A stretch of 64,000 bases of DNA. Origin: the human T2T-CHM13v2.0 reference genome, Homo sapiens. The DNA lies in the NCBI RefSeq assembly GCF_009914755.1, contig NC_060941.1, one strand, 5' to 3'. Below are positions 54,731-64,000 of the stretch, one piece after another (position 1 is the stretch's first letter; each line of letters opens with the position of its first letter). Position numbers and translations under genes: made by a program. The notes under the pieces were generated by a model. The model was not told the DNA's origin. It made no database searches and worked only from the letters and a program-made list of their open reading frames with translations.

Positions 54731-55338
54731 TGTCTTCATCTGCTCTGGCTGCCATATCAAAATACCATGGACGGGGTGCCTCAAATAACAGATATTTATT
54801 TCTCATAGTCCTGGAGGCTGGAAGCTGAAGATCAGAGTGCCAGCAGGGTGAGAGCTCTCTTCCTGGTTTGCAGATCACTGCCTTCTTACTGTGTGCTCAC
54901 ATGGAATGGGGAAAAGGGAGAAAGAGAGGGAGAGGGAGAGGGAGAGGGAGAAAGGGGGAGGGAGAGGGAGAGGGAGAAAGGGGGAGGGAGAGGGAGAAAG
55001 GGGGAGGGAGAGGGAGAAAGGGGGAGGGAGAGGGAGATGGAGAAAGGGGGAGGGAGAGGGAGAAATGGGGAGGGAGGAGGAGAGGGAGAAAGGGGGAGGG
55101 AGAGGGAGAGGGAGAAAGGGAGAGGGAGAGAAAGAGAGGGAGAAAGGGAGAAAGAAAGAGATCCAGCAAGAGATCTTTCCCTGTTCTTATAAGGCCACAG
55201 TCCTAATGGATTAGGGCCCCACCCTTGCAAGTTTGTTTAACCTTAATTCCCTCCTAAAGACCGTATTTCCAAATACAGTCACATTAAGGGTTAGGGCTTC
55301 AATACATAATTTCAGGGGACACAATTCAGTCCATAGCA
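54731..55338 (-). mobile_element. MLT1A/MST-type LTR with an internal purine VNTR
   Basis: atttatttctcatagtcctggaggctggaag...ccaaatacagtcacatt...ttcagtccatagca. Confidence 0.75.
54908..55161 (+). repeat. polypurine minisatellite, unit about GGGAGAGGGAGAAAGGGGGA
   Basis: about 250 nt of G/A with only two T residues. Confidence 0.92.
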
Positions 55339-56039
55339 CTGACCTTCAAGGAGCTTCCTTGAGTGGGATGGAGCATGAGCTGGAAACCACAGACCAGAGT
55401 TCTCACCCAGACCGGCAGCGTGGCTTGGGGCAAGTCACTGGCATTACCTGGAAAATGAGAAGCTTCAGTGAAACCTCAAAATTCCTTCTGTCACTAAGAT
55501 TCTTTGAAAGTCCCAGGGCTTTTTGCTTGAGCTAGGGTAGGGAGACTCTTCCTCAGTCCACAGCATCCCTGCAGGAACAGTCGGGTCAGGAAGAGCTTGG
55601 CTGTTTTCTTTTCAGCTCTTGCATGAATATGCTTGGCACAGGGACTGTGTGTTCCCGTGGTAAGAGCTTCTTGTGATGCTGGGCCCAGGAGATCCACAGC
55701 AGGGATTCCAGTGTCCTGTGGGGAGGAGGTTGCTGTCAGAACAGAGGGTAGGAAAGCCAGGTGATGGGGAGTCAGTGGATTCTAACTCAGGGAGAGGCCC
55801 AGAATGAACAGATTTTCTAGCAGCATTGGCTGAAGGTGGAATCTGGGGAAACAGGCAGGGATTTTGCAGTTCGCCAAGCCCCACCGACTTCACTGCTTTC
55901 TATTTATGACTTCTGTTCTTTGTTACTTGACCACAATAAGGGATCTTTCCTTTCCTGCAAGAGTTGGCTCTCATAGGCTGGAAGTTTATGGAAACTCATG
56001 CTGGGAGGAGGGATGTGTGGAGAACAGCATGGTGTAGAA

Positions 56040-56200
56040 CCTCACTTCTCAGTGTTGTCCTGGGCCAGTAGCATCGCATCACCTGGGAGCATGTTAGAAA
56101 TGCAGAGTCCCAGGCCCCACCCCAGATTCACTGAATCAGAATCTGTATTTTAAGCAAGATCCTCAGGGGTTCCTGTGCATATTAAAGTTCCAGAAGCCCT
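56040..56200. mobile_element. MER5A MITE
   Basis: gcatcacctgggagcatgttagaaatgcaga...ggccccaccccaga...ctgaatcagaatct. Confidence 0.8.
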
Positions 56201-56837
56201 GGCATGGTACAAGGAATGCCAGCCTTGATGCCAGCAGACCTGCTCCTAGGGATGGCTTTACTACTCTACTGTGTGACTTTGGGCAAGACACCATTTACCT
56301 CTCTGAGACCCAATTTCTGTAATACAGAGAGGCAAAAATAATTGTCTCTAAGGGAACCATTACCTTGCACTCAGAAGCTTTGCTTGGGATATATCGGTGT
56401 GTCCTGAGGTGAGGTCTCACCCGGCTTTGGAAACAATTACCCTGACTGCATTGCTCCAGTCACCTTGCAGGAATTTGGGGTTTTGTGAGCCACTGACGGG
56501 GAGAAAGGCAGCCAACGGTCTTTTGGAAACTGAGAGAGGAAAGGTGTTCCTGAGACCACTGGTGTAATGAGACTGAGAAGTCAACATATCTGGTCAAAAA
56601 CAAAAACAAAAGCATATCCAGTCAAAAGGAAACAGGACCTCATTTTTGTGTGTGTGGAGAGGAGGTGATGGGGCTTTCCCTGCAGACCAGACTGAATTCG
56701 CATCTCATGTCTCAGGGCAGTTAGTTTAGTAGAATGCTTCTTAAACTTGAGCATCATGCCTAGAATCACCTGAGGGCTGGTTTTAATAGAGATTGCTGGA
56801 CTCCACCCCAGAGTTTCTAACTTAGTAACTTAGTAGG

Positions 56838-57230
56838 TGCTAGGGACTAAATTGCACTCCCCCAGCCCCCTGTCAAATTTATATATTGAAGCCTTAACTC
56901 CCAAAGTGACTGTATTTGGAGATAGGGCTTTTAAGAGGTAATTAATGTTAAATGAGATTACAAGGGTGCAGTCCTAATCCAATAGGATTGGTGGCTTTAT
57001 AGAAAGAGGAAGGCCTGGGTTCAAGCAGTTTTCCTGCCTCAGCCTCCCCGTAGCTGGGAACACAGGCATGCCCCACCATGACCAGCTAATTTTTTTTTTT
57101 TTTTATTTTCAGTAAAGACAAAGTTTCGCCATGTTGGCCAGGCTGCTCTCAAACTGCTGGCCTCAAGTGATCCACTCACTTCGGCCTCCCCAGGTGTTGG
57201 GATTACAGTTGCGAACCACCGCGCTGGGCC
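56838..57230. mobile_element. MLT1A 5' part (+, to about 57013) fused to a tail-less antisense Alu, inside a MER5
   Basis: gtgactgtatttggagatagggc...agaggaagg|cctgggttcaag junction. Confidence 0.7.
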
Positions 57231-59299
57231 AAGAATGTGCATTTCTAATCTGGGACCACACTTTTGAGGATTGTTGGCTTAGTGCTTTTGGACTGACTGT
57301 CTCTGTCGGGGAGTGAATTTAGTTGATGGACAGGAAGGCAAAGGCAAGTGTCAGCATGTGTGGTTGGGTCAGTCTTCCCCAAATTGCTTCCTTGAGAAAC
57401 TCAGAAATAAGTGAAGAAGGGCACCCAGGTGAGCGGGTCTCATCATGGAGGAGCAGGGGTCAAGGCAGGAGTGGGGCCAGGACAGCAATCCAGGTATGGG
57501 AACTGGGGTGCCCAGAGGGCTCAGTTCCAGGAACAAGGCAGATATTGTGGCACAGGGATCTGGCCCCAGGCTGACGGGTGCTGAGATGCCTGAGCCACAA
57601 GAATGGGCCCTGTAAATGCCCTGATTGAGCTGAGCCCACAGCTGGGAAGCACTGTGGGGCCAGGCAGCTCATGGTTCCAAGTCTCTGGGAACCAGGGCAA
57701 TGGGTGAGGTGGGAACCCAGAAATGATGAAGCCCACTCCTGCTCAGCACAGACCTGGGGGATGTCACCCTTAGGCTTGATCAGTCACAGGGATAAAAGCC
57801 ACAGGTTAATTCTCCTTCCCAACAAAGACTTTCCGTTTGCTGTCCTCCTGATGGTAGAACCTGGTGAATTCCAGTAAGACCTGAGAAATGGAATTACTCT
57901 CTGCAAAGGCAGGAAAACCTGTGCTATGCCAAGCTGGGGGCAGTGAGGAGGACATATTTCTGAGTGTCTGGAGCTCAGATGGAGCTCCCCACAGTGGGCA
58001 GCTTTCTGACCCTCAGTCCTTTTTTGTTCACAGATAGAAGTGAGCCCACAAATCTTTGCCAGCTAAAGAGCCTTTATAGACCACCTAGTTGACTCCTCAT
58101 TTTAAAGGTGTGGTTGATATGTTTGGGAGGGCTGCCCTATTCTCAACACCTTCTCTAGGAATTGTCCCTCCATTCCTTTAGTTTCTGCTGAAAGGGCAGC
58201 AGTAGGCAGCCATCTTTGTACCATGTGACTCACTACTCTTTCCAGAAATATCTGATTGAATGAGAGGTAGTCATCTGACCTAAGGGCAGGTGACCTAATA
58301 GCCAATCTATCCCGAGCCAATGACCAGTCAGATTCAATCTCTCTCTCAAAAAATTGAATTAATTTAATTTATTTATTTATATATTTTGAGACAGAGTCTC
58401 ACTCTTTCACCCTGTCTGGAGTTCAGTGGCACGCTCCGGAAACCTTGGACTCATTGTGTCACTTCCTTCCCCTCATTTACAACATCAAATCAATCATCAC
58501 ATCTTGTCTTCACTTCCTTAGTATCTCTCAGGCTCTGCTTCTCTCCCTACCCCTGGCAACCCCCTAATTATGTCCCCCCTATCACTTACCTGGGGCCTAC
58601 AGTGGCCTCTCCACACCAGCTCCTGAGTCTGTATGTTCCCTAACTCCTTCTAGAGCCAGGATGATCTTTTCAACATACAAGTATGATCTTGTCACTCTCC
58701 TGCCACTAGGTGTACAACCTCTTGCCTCTGCCTGTCTCTCCACCTCCTCTCATGCCTCTCACCACTCTGTTCCCTGCACTCCAGCCACACTGGCCTCCTT
58801 ACACCTTCTCCAATCTGGAATGTTCTTCCTCCCCCACCTACTACCTGAAAATGGACCCCTTGCAGGGTATGAGAGTAGAGATGGAGAGAGACCTTGAACC
58901 CTGCAACGTATACCTGCATCATGCCCTACTCTTGCAAATTCCCCTTTGTTTCCAACCAGTGTTAACTGGGTTTTCAGTCATTCAAAATGCAAAGAGCCCT
59001 AACTGACTTAGTTTGTCTCCTTCACTCTGAGCTCCTAAAATTGAAGCTTGTGCCTTATTAATTTCTACACGGCCACCGAGAGGAGGCACCCTGTTTTCTC
59101 TGATGGGAGGAAAAAGGTGGGAGTTGAATCCAGGCTAGGCTGATCAGGAATGGAAGTGGGATGGGAAATGGACTTATTTTGTGTCAAATCATATGCTAGA
59201 TATTTTACAAATATAACCCATGAGGTTGACATTATTTATTTCTAGATGAGGAAACTGGAGCTGAAGAGTAACTTGCCCAGGGTCCTGTTTCCAGTAATG

Positions 59300-60655
<1,356 letters not shown>

Positions 60656-60659
60656 GTCC

Positions 60660-64000
<3,341 letters not shown>

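Noticed and set aside
54848-55230. Overlapping G/E/R- and P/S/L-rich ORFs on both strands
   Set aside because: They result from the stop-free purine VNTR.

Overview
Primate genomic DNA, human on the evidence of an AluYa5 insertion. It is non-coding and almost entirely made of interspersed repeats: about 45 Alu copies or fragments, old L1M/L2/L3/MIR relics, the 3' part of an L1PA, DNA-transposon MITEs and many LTR elements. I recognise no host protein-coding exon, tRNA, rRNA or CRISPR array, and nearly all listed ORFs are Alu- or simple-repeat artefacts. The main element is a deleted HERV-K(HML-3)/MER9 provirus (28879-34792, TSD AAACTC) inserted into an Alu; its deletions fuse Gag in frame to dUTPase-protease. 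The most unusual structures are: (i) an LTR7+PBS+leader+splice-donor piece of HERV-H inside the TA-rich tail of an Alu, inverted relative to a matching solo LTR7 about 730 bp away; (ii) a second short inverted local copy, of a MER4 LTR segment, inside an MLT1; (iii) a MER41B>Alu>LTR12 nest placing two intact GAS motifs upstream of a CCAAT-array promoter; (iv) three MER41 LTRs carrying 1, 0 and 2 GAS motifs. I found no evidence of a new multi-gene system. Subfamily names come from remembered consensus sequences, mismatch counts were made by eye, and boundaries of old repeats are approximate.
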